Of a stretch of 64,000 bases of DNA, positions 32,483 through 64,000 are shown one piece after another. The notes beneath the pieces are model-generated. The model was given only the letters and a program-made list of their open reading frames with translations, ran no database searches and was not told the DNA's origin. The DNA is taken from assembly GCF_035594765.1 (NCBI RefSeq), contig NW_026943821.1:20305608-20369607 (forward strand), in the 5' to 3' direction. The translations under genes were made by a program, and so were the position numbers. Every line of letters starts with the position of its first letter. Positions within the stretch are counted from its first letter, which is position 1. Source of the DNA: Anolis carolinensis. Taxonomy: Eukaryota.

Positions 32483-32776
32483 TGATGATGTATGGTATTG
32501 TATGGGGTATGGTATAAGTTAGGCCTATTTTTAATACATACTCTTTATCAGTGTCGTTGGATAAGTGAGACTCTACTGTATATAACTGTATTTATAAATC
32601 AATAACTATTTAGTACCATTATTTCCATGTACAACAATCTATGGTACTTCTTGCAGTTTCCATGCTGATTTCTCTCTATTGTAGTTTCAATGTAGTCATG
32701 AATAATGAATAATATAATAATAATTTAATAGTAATATGATAATATACCACAATAATAATAGAATACTAATATAATG

Positions 32777-32828
<52 letters not shown>

Positions 32829-33460
32829 TGTGCATAATTCCCATGGAGTAAACAACAAAACCACTGGACGAAATCACACCAAATTTGGCCACAAAAGACA
32901 TAGTCATCCAATCAATCTGCATGCGGCAGTGTGTCAGCAAAAATGCCTAGGCATGTCAGTGCTGACATGCGTGTCATAGGTTGGCCATCACTGAGTTAGG
33001 CCTATTTGAATAGTTACTCTCAAAGCAACCAGAAACTACATTTATCCAGCATCAATTGCTATATGGTACCAGTGAACTAAGATACTATTCTATATTAATT
33101 CTACAGCATAAATGCACCGAATGCTGTGGAATCCTGGGATTTGCAATAATGTGAGATGCTAGCACTCTGGAAGAGAGGGCTTAAAAAGACAAGATTCCAT
33201 AGACTTGATGTCTATGGTTGGTGTCAAGGTTCCATAGCCATGGTGGTTGAAAGTGGCACCAAACTGCACTAATTCCACAGTGTAGATGCATGTATATGTT
33301 GATGGGATCTAGTTTGTATTCCTGCATGACCAGCCCTTTCTCTTTGTCTCGGTCCAGGCAGCTGCGAAGATGCCCCGGGTGCCACTGCCTGACCTTGCCC
33401 AACGTCCCCATTGACGTCTACATTGCCATGGGAGGCAGCCACCGGCCACGGACCACCTGA
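31478..33460 (+). CDS. FAM229A: Protein FAM229A (73-aa core, 2 coding exons)
   Basis: Exons 31478-31596 (MSSQETPQGRRFPIEAGDSPSLATAPETQEPVAPERPGS) and 33358-33460 (RQLRRCPGCHCLTLPNVPIDVYIAMGGSHRPRTT*). RRFPIEAGD and LRRCPGCHCLTL..VPIDVY.AMGG are FAM229 motifs. The gene is head-to-head with TSSK3, as in mammals. AATAAA at 33570. Confidence 0.92.
31706..32266. mobile_element. Internally rearranged Tc2-like element (same family as 13649-14559)
   Basis: TIR CTGTATATACTCGAGTATAAGCC at both ends; an internal segment is inverted relative to the 13.6-kb copy. Confidence 0.65.
32428..32490. repeat. (TAA)n/(TGA)n microsatellite
   Basis: About 17 TAA units followed by TGA units. Confidence 0.95.
32782..32827. 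repeat. (TG)n microsatellite
   Basis: About 23 TG units. Confidence 0.95.
33358..33460 (+). CDS. FAM229A: FAM229A coding exon B
   Basis: CPGCHCLTL motif; acceptor tccag|. Confidence 0.92.
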
Positions 33461-34287
33461 GGCTCCCCCGGCACGAGAGGCCACGGCGGCCGCCCCCCTT
33501 GGGAACACGCGGACGGACAGACGAGGGGCGGCCGCACAGCAAGCCACACAAAACAGCGACCCACATTTTAATAAAAGGACACCTTAAAATGTTTCGGTGG
33601 CCGTCCTTCCTGGAGGCCTGGTTTGCTTCTCTCTCTTTGTGAGGAAGGGGTGGAGCGGGGCCACAATTTGTGGCCTCGTTTGAACTTGGGGGCCCAGGAC
33701 AGAGGCACGTAGCAACATAGAGATGGAGAGGAAACCTTCTGTCGGGCAGGACAACACAATCCAAGCCCTCATGACAGAGGGTCCTCCAAGCCCATAGACA
33801 GAAGCAGGTTCATGGAGAAATAGGGCTGTAGGATCAGAGTATCCTAGTTATAATAGACTCCAACAGCCATCCAGTCCAACTCACTGGACACCATCCAATC
33901 CCTCCAGACAGATGGCCATCCATCCCCAGATATGATTGAGATAAGTAGGTATTTATTTATATTTATTTATTAGCGACATTTATATGCCGCCCTTCTCACC
34001 CCGAAGGGAACTCAGAGCGGCTTACAAGCCATATGTACATACAATATATTATACTATTCGTACAGAACAATATAAGCATTATACATTACTATATTGTACT
34101 ATAACACTATATTGTAATAATATTAGTAATATTACATATAATATAAATAATATATTACATATAGGTAGATATGATTTATATATATATATGGTAGTTATAC
34201 CATAGAATTCTAGGGTTGGAGGAGACCCCAAGGGCCATCTAGTCGGCCAGCCAGACTCAGAGACATAAGCAGACTCATGAAGAAATA

Positions 34288-34603
34288 GGTAAAGGTAAAG
34301 GTTTCCCCTGACGTTCAGTCCAGTCATGTCTGACTCTGGGGGTTGGTACTTATCTCCATTTCTAAGCCGAAGAGCCGGTGTTGTCCGTAGACACCTCCAA
34401 GGTCATGTGGCCAGCATGACTGCATGGAGCGCCGGAGAGGTACCTATTGATCTACTCACATTGGCATGTTTTCGAACTGCTAGGTTGGCAGAAGCCGGAG
34501 CTAACAGCGGGCGCTCACTCCGCTCCCGGGATTTGAACCTGGAACCTTTCAGTCTGCAAGTTCAGCAGCTCAGCGCTTTAACACACTGCGCCACCAGGGG
34601 CCC
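34288..34603 (-). mobile_element. Sauria SINE
   Basis: Same sequence as the 20159-20485 copy, with an (AAAGGT)n end. Confidence 0.88.
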
Positions 34604-34724
34604 CATATAAATGCAATAAATAATAAATGCAGTCCAACTGCCTTCAGGCAGGAAGACACCATCCAAGCCCTCCCGACAGACAGACAGCCAAACTCATAGA
34701 CATAAGCAGGCTCATGAGGAAATA

Positions 34725-36379
34725 GGTAAAGGTAAAGGTTCTCCCCTGATGTTAAGTCCAGTCATGTCTGACTCTGGGGGTTGGTGCTCATCTCCATTTC
34801 TAAGCCGAAGAGCCAGCATTGTCCATAGACAACCTCCAAGGTAATGTGGCCATCGGCATGACTGCATGGAGCGCCGTTACCTTCCCGCCGGAGCGGTACC
34901 TATTAATCTACTCACATTGGCATGTTTTCGAACAGCTAGGTTGGCAGAAGCTGGAGCAACAGCAGGCACTCACTCCGCTCCTGGGATTTGTATCTGGGAC
35001 CTTTTGGTTCGCAAGTTCAGCTGCACAGTGCTTTAACAATAATATATAATAATTCTAACATATTGTATATACAGTAGAGTCTCGCTTATCCAACGTAAAC
35101 GGGCCGGCAGAACGTTGGATAAGAGAATATGTTGGATAATAAGGAGAGATTAAGGAAAAGCCTATTAAACATCAAATTAGGTTATGATTTTACAAATTAA
35201 GCACCAAAACATCATGTTAGACAACAAATTTGGCAGAAAAAGTAGTTCAATACACAGTAATGCTATGTAGTAATTACTGTATTTACGAATTTAGCACCAA
35301 AATATCACGATGTATTGAAAACATTGACTACAAAAATGCGTTGGATAATCCAGAACGTTGGATAAGCGAGTGTTGGATAAATGAGACTCTACTGCCTCAC
35401 AAGCGCGGCTGGTGGGGACGAGGGACAGGGCCTTCTCGGTAAACACCCTCCCCAGAGAAATACGGCACGCCCCAACCCTTTTGAGTTTTAGAAAAGCCCT
35501 GAAAACATGGCTATGTGCCCAGGCTTTCGAAGATTAAATGATAAAGATGACCCGGACTGATTTACGGCTACAGCACAAGGATTCTGGATGAATGGATTTT
35601 AATCATGTTTTATATTTTTATATTGTTTTAATTGGATTTTCATTGCTGTTTTAATTATGTGTAGGCATCGAATTGTTGCCAATTTTGTACGCCGCCCTGA
35701 GTCCCTTTGGGTGAGAAGGGCGGGATATAAATGTTGGAAATAAATAAATAATTAATAAATACTGTACATATAATATTCATAATATTATATTGTAATACGA
35801 TATAATACTAATAATACAATATAATAATATTAATTATATATTATATTTTACATGTAATATTACTAATAATATTACAATATATTGATACAGTACAATATAG
35901 TAATTTATTACCAGTATTATACTATGCTAATACAGTAGAGTCTCACTTATTCAAGCCTCGCTTATCCAACGTTCTGGATTATCCAACGCATTTTTGTAGT
36001 TAATGTTTTCAATATATCGTGATATTTTGGTGCTAAATTTGTAAATACAGTAATTACAACATAACATTACTGTGTATTGAACTACGTTTTCATTCAAATA
36101 TGTTGTATAACATGATGTTTTGGTGCTTAATTTGTAAAATCATAACCTATTTTGATGTTTAATAGGCTTTTTCTTAATCTCTCCTTATTATCCAACATAT
36201 TCGCTTATCCAACGTTCTGCCGGCCCGTTTATGTTGGATAAGTGAGACTCTACTGTAATATAATATTGTATGTGAATTTAATTTGTAAGCCGCTCTGAGT
36301 CCCGTTTCGGGGTGAGAAGGGCGGGATATAAATGTAGCAAATAAATAAATAAAATAACACACTTCGCCACCGGTGCTCC
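34725..36379 (-). mobile_element. Sauria SINE split by a ~1.3-kb nested insertion (two MITEs, L2 3' fragments, AT-rich cassette)
   Basis: SINE body at 34725-35038 and head at 36357-36379; flanking duplication ATGA(A/G)GAAATA. The insert holds MITEs at 35072-35394 and 35933-36255 and an L2 ORF2 end (RLVGTRDRAFSV) at about 35405. Confidence 0.7.
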
Positions 36380-36678
36380 ATGAAGAAATAAGGCTATATT
36401 ATTCAAGAATCTTAAAGTTGGAAGGGTTACCATTAGTGATCCCAAGCACTTCTGGGAAAGGGATCCTGTCTCCTTAAAAAGGGGTGCGTCCTGCGAAGTT
36501 TTTTTTTTTTGTCCCCCGCCGGCTCCCGTCGCCCCCCTCTTCCCTATTGAAGCCCCGCCCTTTCCGTTCCGGCTGCCCCTATTGGTCCGGCCCTGCCGCC
36601 ATATTGTCGCCGGAGGAAGCGGCAGTGGAGGAGGCGTTGGGGGCCCCAGCTGCGGCCCGCGCGACGGAGGAGGCGAAC

Positions 36679-57755
<21,077 letters not shown>

Positions 57756-59481
57756 CGCCCAGTCAGAGGCGGACGGAGGGGGAGAGACCACCGGGATGTC
57801 CATCCGCGGAGACCCTCTTTGCCTCAGGCCCTGTCCTCTCCTCTGCCGGAAGTGGAAGGTGGCAGCGCCCTCACACCTGTTGAGAAAGCAGCTTTTTTTT
57901 TTCACCGACACGTGGCGGCTGTGCTTCGCTCTCATGAAGAGGAGATCATCCTTAGTACACCTTTTCCCCCTTTGGCTGCTGTGTTTCGGGGGGAAAGAAG
58001 TAGCAGCAGCAGGTGGCCGGAAGAGGGGTCTGGGTCTGTGACACCTTCTTGCGTGTGTGGATTTTCCTCCAGGTTTTCTTTTTTTTCCCTTTGTGGTGTG
58101 GTTTTTTCTCTCTCCTCTTAAAACATTGACTCTTCACTAAGGTACTTGAGAGAAGAAGGCTTCTTCAGAGGAAGGAAGCCAAAGAAAAAAATAAATAACA
58201 AATCATAACCAAGGAATCTAATCTTGGACGCTTGGGTTCAACTATTTAAAAGATTTCTATTTTTGTTTTGGTTTTGCACATTAATTTTTATTAAAGACTC
58301 TATCCTCTGCCAAAAGCACCACTTTGGCCCACCGTTTATTGTTTTGATTCTTTTTTTGGTCTTTTGGAGCCCCTCTCTTGCCAAAACAAGGATTTGGGGC
58401 AAAGTTTCTTGCTGCTTTTTTTGTCCTCCCCTCCGAGAAAGAGAATATTCCCCATAAACAGACTGCAAGGGAGGAAAAGAAATTGGACCATGCCTTGAGG
58501 AAGAAGAAGAAGAGCTTTTGTGTGTTTGTGCATTTGCATTTGGGGGGGATCCTTTTTCTTTTTGTTGCGGTTGATCTTGGGAGACAAGGCTCCCAACTTG
58601 CCCTCCCAAAGGGATCCATAAGGCATTGAAGGCACACGAAAACTATTCAAAGCACAGCTCCCTCTCCAGGAGGGCTTCCCTTACATTTGCTACTGACTTG
58701 GACTGATTGGGAAAGAAAAGAGAGGAAGGAAAAGCAAAACAAAGTCCCCATCTTGCGTCTTTACTTGAAGAAAACCCGGAGCCTTTCGTTTTCATGTCTT
58801 CATTTGGGATTGTCCACCCCCACCCCCTCCTTTTCTTTGCAGGGACGAACCTCAAATCTCAAAACGGGTCAAAACCTGCCTGTTTTTTTCTCGGAATGAC
58901 CTCCTGCTCGCATTCTGTATCGTGTACATTTTCCTTCAAAATGAAGAAAGTCAAAGCTCTGTATTTTTTATATATTATATATACACACGTTAGATATTTG
59001 TCTAATTCGGTCTCCGGAGGGGGAGAGAAACTAATCCTTCTCATGAGATCCTGTGTGGAAGCAGGCCTTGCCTAGGAACATGGCTCTGGCAAAAAGAAAA
59101 AAGAAACTTTTATTTCTCTTGTGTTCCTGTCTTTGCCTACTCTTTGAGCCCCCAAATACATTCAGTTTCCTCCAACCCGGTTGCAATTGCTGGTCCGACT
59201 CGAGCAGAAAGCAGGAGACTCTTCGGGTGATGATAGATTTGGGATAATTATATATATTTGGGATGGGGACGGTCCCTTTGGTTGTCTTCATGTCTTTCCT
59301 TGTGCTCCAAAGGTTGAAACCTGGGCTCCCAAAACTTTCAAGAACAGATCTGATAATACAAGCAGGTGATACGTGGCGGTGTATCATCATAAGCCTCTGG
59401 CTGTATTTTGTAATAGAGAGAGATGCTTTCATTGTTTAAAAAGAAATGAAATAGAAAAAAAAACAAATGCCAAGGAAATTT

Positions 59482-59487
59482 AATAAA
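59482..59487 (+). terminator. KPNA6: KPNA6 candidate distal polyadenylation signal
   Basis: AATAAA at the end of a ~1.7-kb repeat-free 3' UTR-like region; a proximal AATAAA lies at about 58190. Confidence 0.55.
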
Positions 59488-59855
59488 CGACATCTCTGCA
59501 TTCGGTGACTGCAATCCCAGTGTGACTGGAGGTTTCCCTTAATATGGCCAGCTGCGTCTTAACACTATTATTGATGTTTCAGAATAGCATGAATATTTGA
59601 AATTGACCAGGTTTGGTGTTCTGGAATTAACATTATATCGGTAACAAAATGGATTTCAACAAATGTAGGATGCTTCACATATTTATTTATGGCATTTATA
59701 TCCTGCCCTTCTCACCCGGAAGTGGATTCAGAGTGGCTTACAAGTTATGTGTACATACATTATATTATATTAATAGCATGGCACAATATTAGTATCACAT
59801 ATTGCTATATTGTTCTAAACTACTATACTGCAATATTTAGTCATATTACTGTGTG

Positions 59856-59888
<33 letters not shown>

Positions 59889-60080
59889 TACATATATATA
59901 TAAATGTTGTATTTAAAACATGACGATCATATATATAACAATATATTAGCAAAGCACGATACAGTATTAGTATTATATATTACTATATTGCACTAAACCA
60001 CTATACTGCAATATTATTAGTAATATTACATGTAATATATAATTATATTTTATTTGTATTATATGATCAATATGATATGT

Positions 60081-60339
60081 AAGGTAAAGGTTTCCCCTGA
60101 CGTTAAGTCCAGTCATGTCTGACTCTGGGGGTTGGTGCTTATCTCCATTTCTAAGCCGAAGAGCCAGCGTTGTCCGTAGACACCTCCAAGGTCATGTGGC
60201 CGGCATGACTGCATGGAGCGCCATTACCTTCCTGCCAGAGCGGTACCTATTGATCTACTCACATTGGCATGTTTTCGAACTGCTAGGTTGGCAGAAGCTG
60301 GAGCTAACAGCGGCTGCTCACACCGCTCCCGGGGTTTGA
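60081..60339 (-). mobile_element. Sauria SINE, 5'-truncated
   Basis: Family sequence with (AAAGGT)n end; the head is missing. Confidence 0.85.
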
Positions 60340-60501
60340 TATGTACATGGAATATATTATATTACTAGCATAGCACAATATTAGCATTATATATTACTAT
60401 ACTGTTTACTTATAGTGCACTATTTAAAGTAAATAGTACACTATTTACTTATAGTACACTATTTACATAATATAGCACATATCAGTGTGATGCGCGATAC
60501 A

Positions 60502-60507
60502 TTTATT
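60502..60507 (-). terminator. Candidate polyadenylation signal of the MCC-like gene
   Basis: Minus-strand AATAAA about 355 nt after the stop codon. Confidence 0.5.
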
Positions 60508-60861
60508 ATGATATGGTATTACAGACAGTGTGCCGCAAAGCCATCCTTCCATTACCTTAGCAAATTGGAAGAGCACATTCATAAACACAGCATCCTTTAG
60601 AACAGGCATGGGCCAACTTGGGCTCTAGATGTCCCGGACTTCAACTCCTACTATCCCCAACAGTCCCAGGCCCCCTCTCTTTCCTTTTCCTTTCCTGTTT
60701 AAGGGGGGAAAGAAAAAGGGTCTGAGCCAGCCAGGAATGGTGGTCCCAAGTTGGCCCATGTCTGTTTCAGAATGATGCACTGGTTATTTGAGTTGCATCA
60801 GAACGCAATCAGGTTCCGGCTCCTCCATGAGGCCTTTAAAGATGGCTGCAGCCGCCTTCTT

Positions 60862-62913
60862 TTAGGGTTGCTCTCCTGACCCCTGGATGACCTTTGCCTC
60901 TTGCGGAAGAGTCCGGAAGCTCCCCAAGTCCTGCAGAGTCTGCACCAGGCTCTGCAACTGCAATGCATGGCGGTGACCCATCAGGGACACCTGCCTCTCT
61001 AGCTGCTGCACCTGGGCTTCCTGCTTCAGGCGGGCGTTTCGGAAGGCCGTCCCCAAGGCGCTGTGGGCCTGGAGGAGGTCCCTGGCCAGCTCAGCCTCCT
61101 GCCCGGCCAGGTCCCGGCCCTCCCGGCCCTGCTCCTCCACCTCCAGTAGGAGGGAGCCCAGCCGGCTTCTCAGGGCGTTCTGCCGAAGCAAAGACTGCTG
61201 GAGCTCCATCGCCTGAACTTCTGGGTCTTTGGGCTCTTCCGTCTTGCCTAAGGTTTCCCTTTTGGAACTGACCCTTGGTCCGTATTCCTCTGAGTCACTG
61301 CTGCTGGGACTGCTTTCTCCAGAGGAGAGGGACTGCTGCTGTTTTCCTTGAAGCTCGTCCCGTTCCTCCTGGAGGATGCGCACCATCAGCCGGAAGGCGG
61401 CCTCCTGGGACCGGAGGGTGTAGGTCTGGAGCCCCAGGCACTCCTTCTCCTTCTCCGCCAGGTGCAGCCGGCTCTTTAAGTCCGCCAAGGCCTCCCTGGC
61501 CGCCTGCAGCTCCTGCAGCAAATGCTCCTTCTCCATTGTGAAGGATGTACTTCTGGAAGGAAGGACCACTTGCAAAGCTTGACCTGCCTCTTCTACCTCT
61601 GTGGCCTCAATCCCAGTGTGGCATGGAGGGAGCTTCAGGGCGCGCTGCTCGGCTTTCAGGCACCGGATGTAGCCCCTCAAGAGCTTCTTTCTGTCCCTGT
61701 TCTCCTCCAAAGGGTTCTCTTCAGAGCAGACACTCCCATCGTCCACTCCATTACGGCTCTGCAGGAAATGCTGTGCTTTCTCCATCACGGCCAGCTGCAT
61801 CCGGTGAGGCGAGTCTCTGGGTTTGCCTGCACAAGGAGGTCCTCCTTCATCTTCCCGCTCCACTGCCATCAGTGAAAGCAGAGCTTCATAGGCCTCCAAG
61901 CAGTTTTCGCTATACTGGACAGCCAAGCGCAAGGCGGTGCCACCCGCCTCGCTGCGCCCAAGAGCGAGGCTGATGCGTTCGGCGCGGCCCTTGGTCTCCT
62001 CTAAAGACACCCGCAGGAATCGGTTGAGCTCTTGGAGCCCTCGGATTGATCTGTGTAACCGATCCCTTTGCTCTTCCTGGGGGTCTTTGCCATTGATTTC
62101 TGCTGGAGAAGAGACTTCTTGGGAGGAAAGGCCCGGTGTTGGCTGGATGCTGGCGGCGTTTCGGACACAGCAGAGGAACTTCTGGGTTGCAATGGCCACC
62201 GGATCCTGTTTGCAGAGAGGGCTGGAGGCTGTATCTTGGAGGCCCTCTTCTTCCGCAAGGGCTTCCTGCAATTCCTTGACCTTCCTCCTTAACCGGTCCC
62301 TCTCTTCCTCGTAAACCAAGAGTGTCCCTTTGCAGTGTTGCAGCTCCTCATTCCGGATGCCCAGCTGCTTCTCGAGGGCCGCCTTCCTCTCCCGGCAAAG
62401 GGCCACTTCTTGTCTGTAGACGATGCTCTCTGTCGACAGGAAGTCCAGATTCGGCGCAAAAGATTGCTGACTTTGGCAACCCTTTCGGGACCCCACTGGA
62501 CTTTCACCAAAGTTCTCAGCCACATTGGGACTTTGCTCTGTTCCGGATCCAGCGCTGGGCCGACGGTTGCGGTGAGAGGAGACCGCGTTCTCGAGGGAGG
62601 AGACTGCTTGGAGGGCAGCGAGGAAGAGGTCTGGATGCCTTTTCTCCGGAGGAGGCATCGTCGCTTCCAGGCTCAGAAACGGCACACTGCATCGTGGGAG
62701 GCTTGCTGTATATTCAGAGCAGAGATCAGAAAACTCTTCCTCCTCCTGCTCCCTGTCTTTCTCCCGCTCGAGGCGTTGGAGGTGTTGGTGAAGGCGGGAG
62801 ACCGTCACCAGCAGTGCTGTGATGCGCTCCTCGCAGCGAAGGGCTTCTCGCTCATCTGGTGGCAAAGCCTTTTCGGGGGATCCTTCTTCATCTCTGGATC
62901 CTTCCTGCTCCAT
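60862..62913 (-). CDS. Coding-intronless MCC/USHBP1-family coiled-coil protein (colorectal mutant cancer protein-like), about 683 aa
   Basis: Uninterrupted 2.05-kb ORF. Colinear family motifs: EERITALL..EEEFSDL.SE; LQELNRFLRVSLEETKGRAERIS...TALRLAVQYSENCLEAYEALL; LRGYIRCLKAEQRALKL; LLQELQAAREALADLKSRLHLAEKEK; ARDLLQAHSALGTAF..KQE.Q.QQLERQ. Likely start MEQEGS just after the acceptor-like cttttcag at 62919; the open frame extends up to 63066. Confidence 0.85.
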   Translation of the reverse strand: MEQEGSRDEEGSPEKALPPDEREALRCEERITALLVTVSRLHQHLQRLEREKDREQEEEEFSDLCSEYTASLPRCSVPFLSLEATMPPPEKRHPDLFLAALQAVSSLENAVSSHRNRRPSAGSGTEQSPNVAENFGESPVGSRKGCQSQQSFAPNLDFLSTESIVYRQEVALCRERKAALEKQLGIRNEELQHCKGTLLVYEEERDRLRRKVKELQEALAEEEGLQDTASSPLCKQDPVAIATQKFLCCVRNAASIQPTPGLSSQEVSSPAEINGKDPQEEQRDRLHRSIRGLQELNRFLRVSLEETKGRAERISLALGRSEAGGTALRLAVQYSENCLEAYEALLSLMAVEREDEGGPPCAGKPRDSPHRMQLAVMEKAQHFLQSRNGVDDGSVCSEENPLEENRDRKKLLRGYIRCLKAEQRALKLPPCHTGIEATEVEEAGQALQVVLPSRSTSFTMEKEHLLQELQAAREALADLKSRLHLAEKEKECLGLQTYTLRSQEAAFRLMVRILQEERDELQGKQQQSLSSGESSPSSSDSEEYGPRVSSKRETLGKTEEPKDPEVQAMELQQSLLRQNALRSRLGSLLLEVEEQGREGRDLAGQEAELARDLLQAHSALGTAFRNARLKQEAQVQQLERQVSLMGHRHALQLQSLVQTLQDLGSFRTLPQEAKVIQGSGEQP

Positions 62914-63407
62914 TCTGTCTGAAAAGTGGCTCCAAAGGCGGACAGCAGCATCAAAACAAGCCAAAGCCCAGCCCTTTGGTTCCTGTTTCTTCCCATAATA
63001 ACAATAATAATGAGAAGCCTTTCCTGTCTTTCCAGAGAGGAAGGAAGCCGGCTCCATCCGCACCAATGCTTTAACCCAGGGGTCTCCAAACTTTTTAAAC
63101 GGGGCCAGTTCACAGTCCGTCAGTCCGTTGGAGGGCTGGACTATAGTTGGAAAAACCCTATAAAGAAATTCCTATGCACACTACATATCACTTATTTTGA
63201 AGTAAAAAACAAAAACAAATGGGAACAAATACAGCCTCAATGTTAATAATAATCATAATCATAATAAAAATAATAAAGAGGGTGGGAAGAGATCCCTTGG
63301 GCCATTTAGTCCAATCCCCTTCTACTTTTGTGCACCAAAAGCACAAGCAAAGCACCCCTGACAGATGCCACCAAGCCTCAATGTTGTTGGTAATAATCAT
63401 CATCATT

Positions 63408-63515
63408 ATCATCACATAGTCCTAAACGCTTGGGAAGTGTTCAACTTGTGATTTTGTGATACGAAATCCAGCATATATTTCTCGTTTGCTGTGTTATACT
63501 GTGTCTTTGTGTCAA
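63408..63515 (+). mobile_element. R4/Dong 3' end
   Basis: ATCACATAGTCCTAAACGCTTGGGAAGTGTTC...GTCAATAATAATAAT; same 3' UTR as the 2250 copy. Confidence 0.7.
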
Positions 63516-63524
63516 TAATAATAA

Positions 63525-64000
63525 TCTATATATATAAAAGAGTGATGGCATCATGGCGACCCACAAAACAACAAAACTACAGGCCCCCCAACCTCGAAAT
63601 TTGACAACACAACCCATCATCCATGCCTCTAGGTTGATACAACAAAAAGAAAAGAAAAATAAAGTCCTAATTAGTGAGAGAGGAATAATTGCTTTTATCC
63701 AATTGCTGCCAGTTTAGAGGGCTAATCTCTGTCCACTTGGTCTCCTAGCAACCAACTCAGCCAAGGGACAGCCAGGGTTCAGTTAGGGGACAGGCAGACT
63801 TAGGCTCCTCCAACTTGGTCTCCTAGCAACCCAATAAAAAATAATAAAGAACACTAAAAAAATTAATACAATAAAATACTATAATAACAGAAAATAACTA
63901 AAAATAATACAAGAAAATAATAAAATATGATAAATAAAATATAACTTACAATAAAATTAATAAAAAATGCAAATAAAGTCAAATAAAAATTACACAACAA
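63525..64000 (+). mobile_element. Helitron-like non-autonomous element running off the window edge
   Basis: A|TCTATATATATAAAAGAGTGATGGC start, shared with the 30262 copy. Confidence 0.65.

Noticed and set aside
34326-34610. Recurrent MSDSGGW.../TAWSAVTFPPERYLLIYSHW ORFs
   Set aside because: They are translations of Sauria SINE copies, not proteins.
58224-59432. ORFs in the KPNA6 downstream region
   Set aside because: Low-complexity K/F-rich translations of a U-rich 3' UTR.
62914-63066. N-terminal 51 aa of the 734-aa ORF prediction
   Set aside because: It starts at a non-ATG codon, includes low-complexity YYCYY from a TTA tract, and lies upstream of an acceptor-like site, so it is probably intronic.

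Overview
Vertebrate genomic DNA, almost certainly from a squamate and probably an Anolis lizard (Sauria SINEs, Anolis-type tRNA SINE2, SPIN-type hAT, R4/Dong and Penelope fragments). I reconstructed five protein-coding genes by hand from GT-AG junctions and reading frame: BSDC1 (+, 11 coding exons, 7725-16890, 443 aa), TSSK3 (-, 2 exons, 23148-20859, 268 aa), FAM229A (+, 31478-33460, 73 aa core), KPNA6/importin alpha-7 (+, 14 exons, 36679-57755, 538 aa), and an intact, coding-intronless MCC/USHBP1-family coiled-coil gene (-, 62913-60862, about 683 aa) that lacks the family's C-terminal PDZ-binding motif. Intergenic and intronic DNA is dense with often nested TEs: CR1, L2, RTE, R4/Dong, Penelope, two SINE families, Tc1/mariner and hAT MITEs, Helitrons and Chapaev3-like elements. 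The most notable items are the MCC-like gene; minimal hammerhead-ribozyme motifs carried by Penelope fragments, one intact and in sense within the TSSK3 intron; a 462-bp fold-back MITE in that same intron; an in-frame upstream ORF of FAM229A split from the main CDS by one TAG; a 138-bp CR1-derived tandem array; and a gene order that differs from human by one apparent inversion. Gene and family names come from my recall of homologous sequences, not from database searches. There is an assembly gap at 16613-16740.
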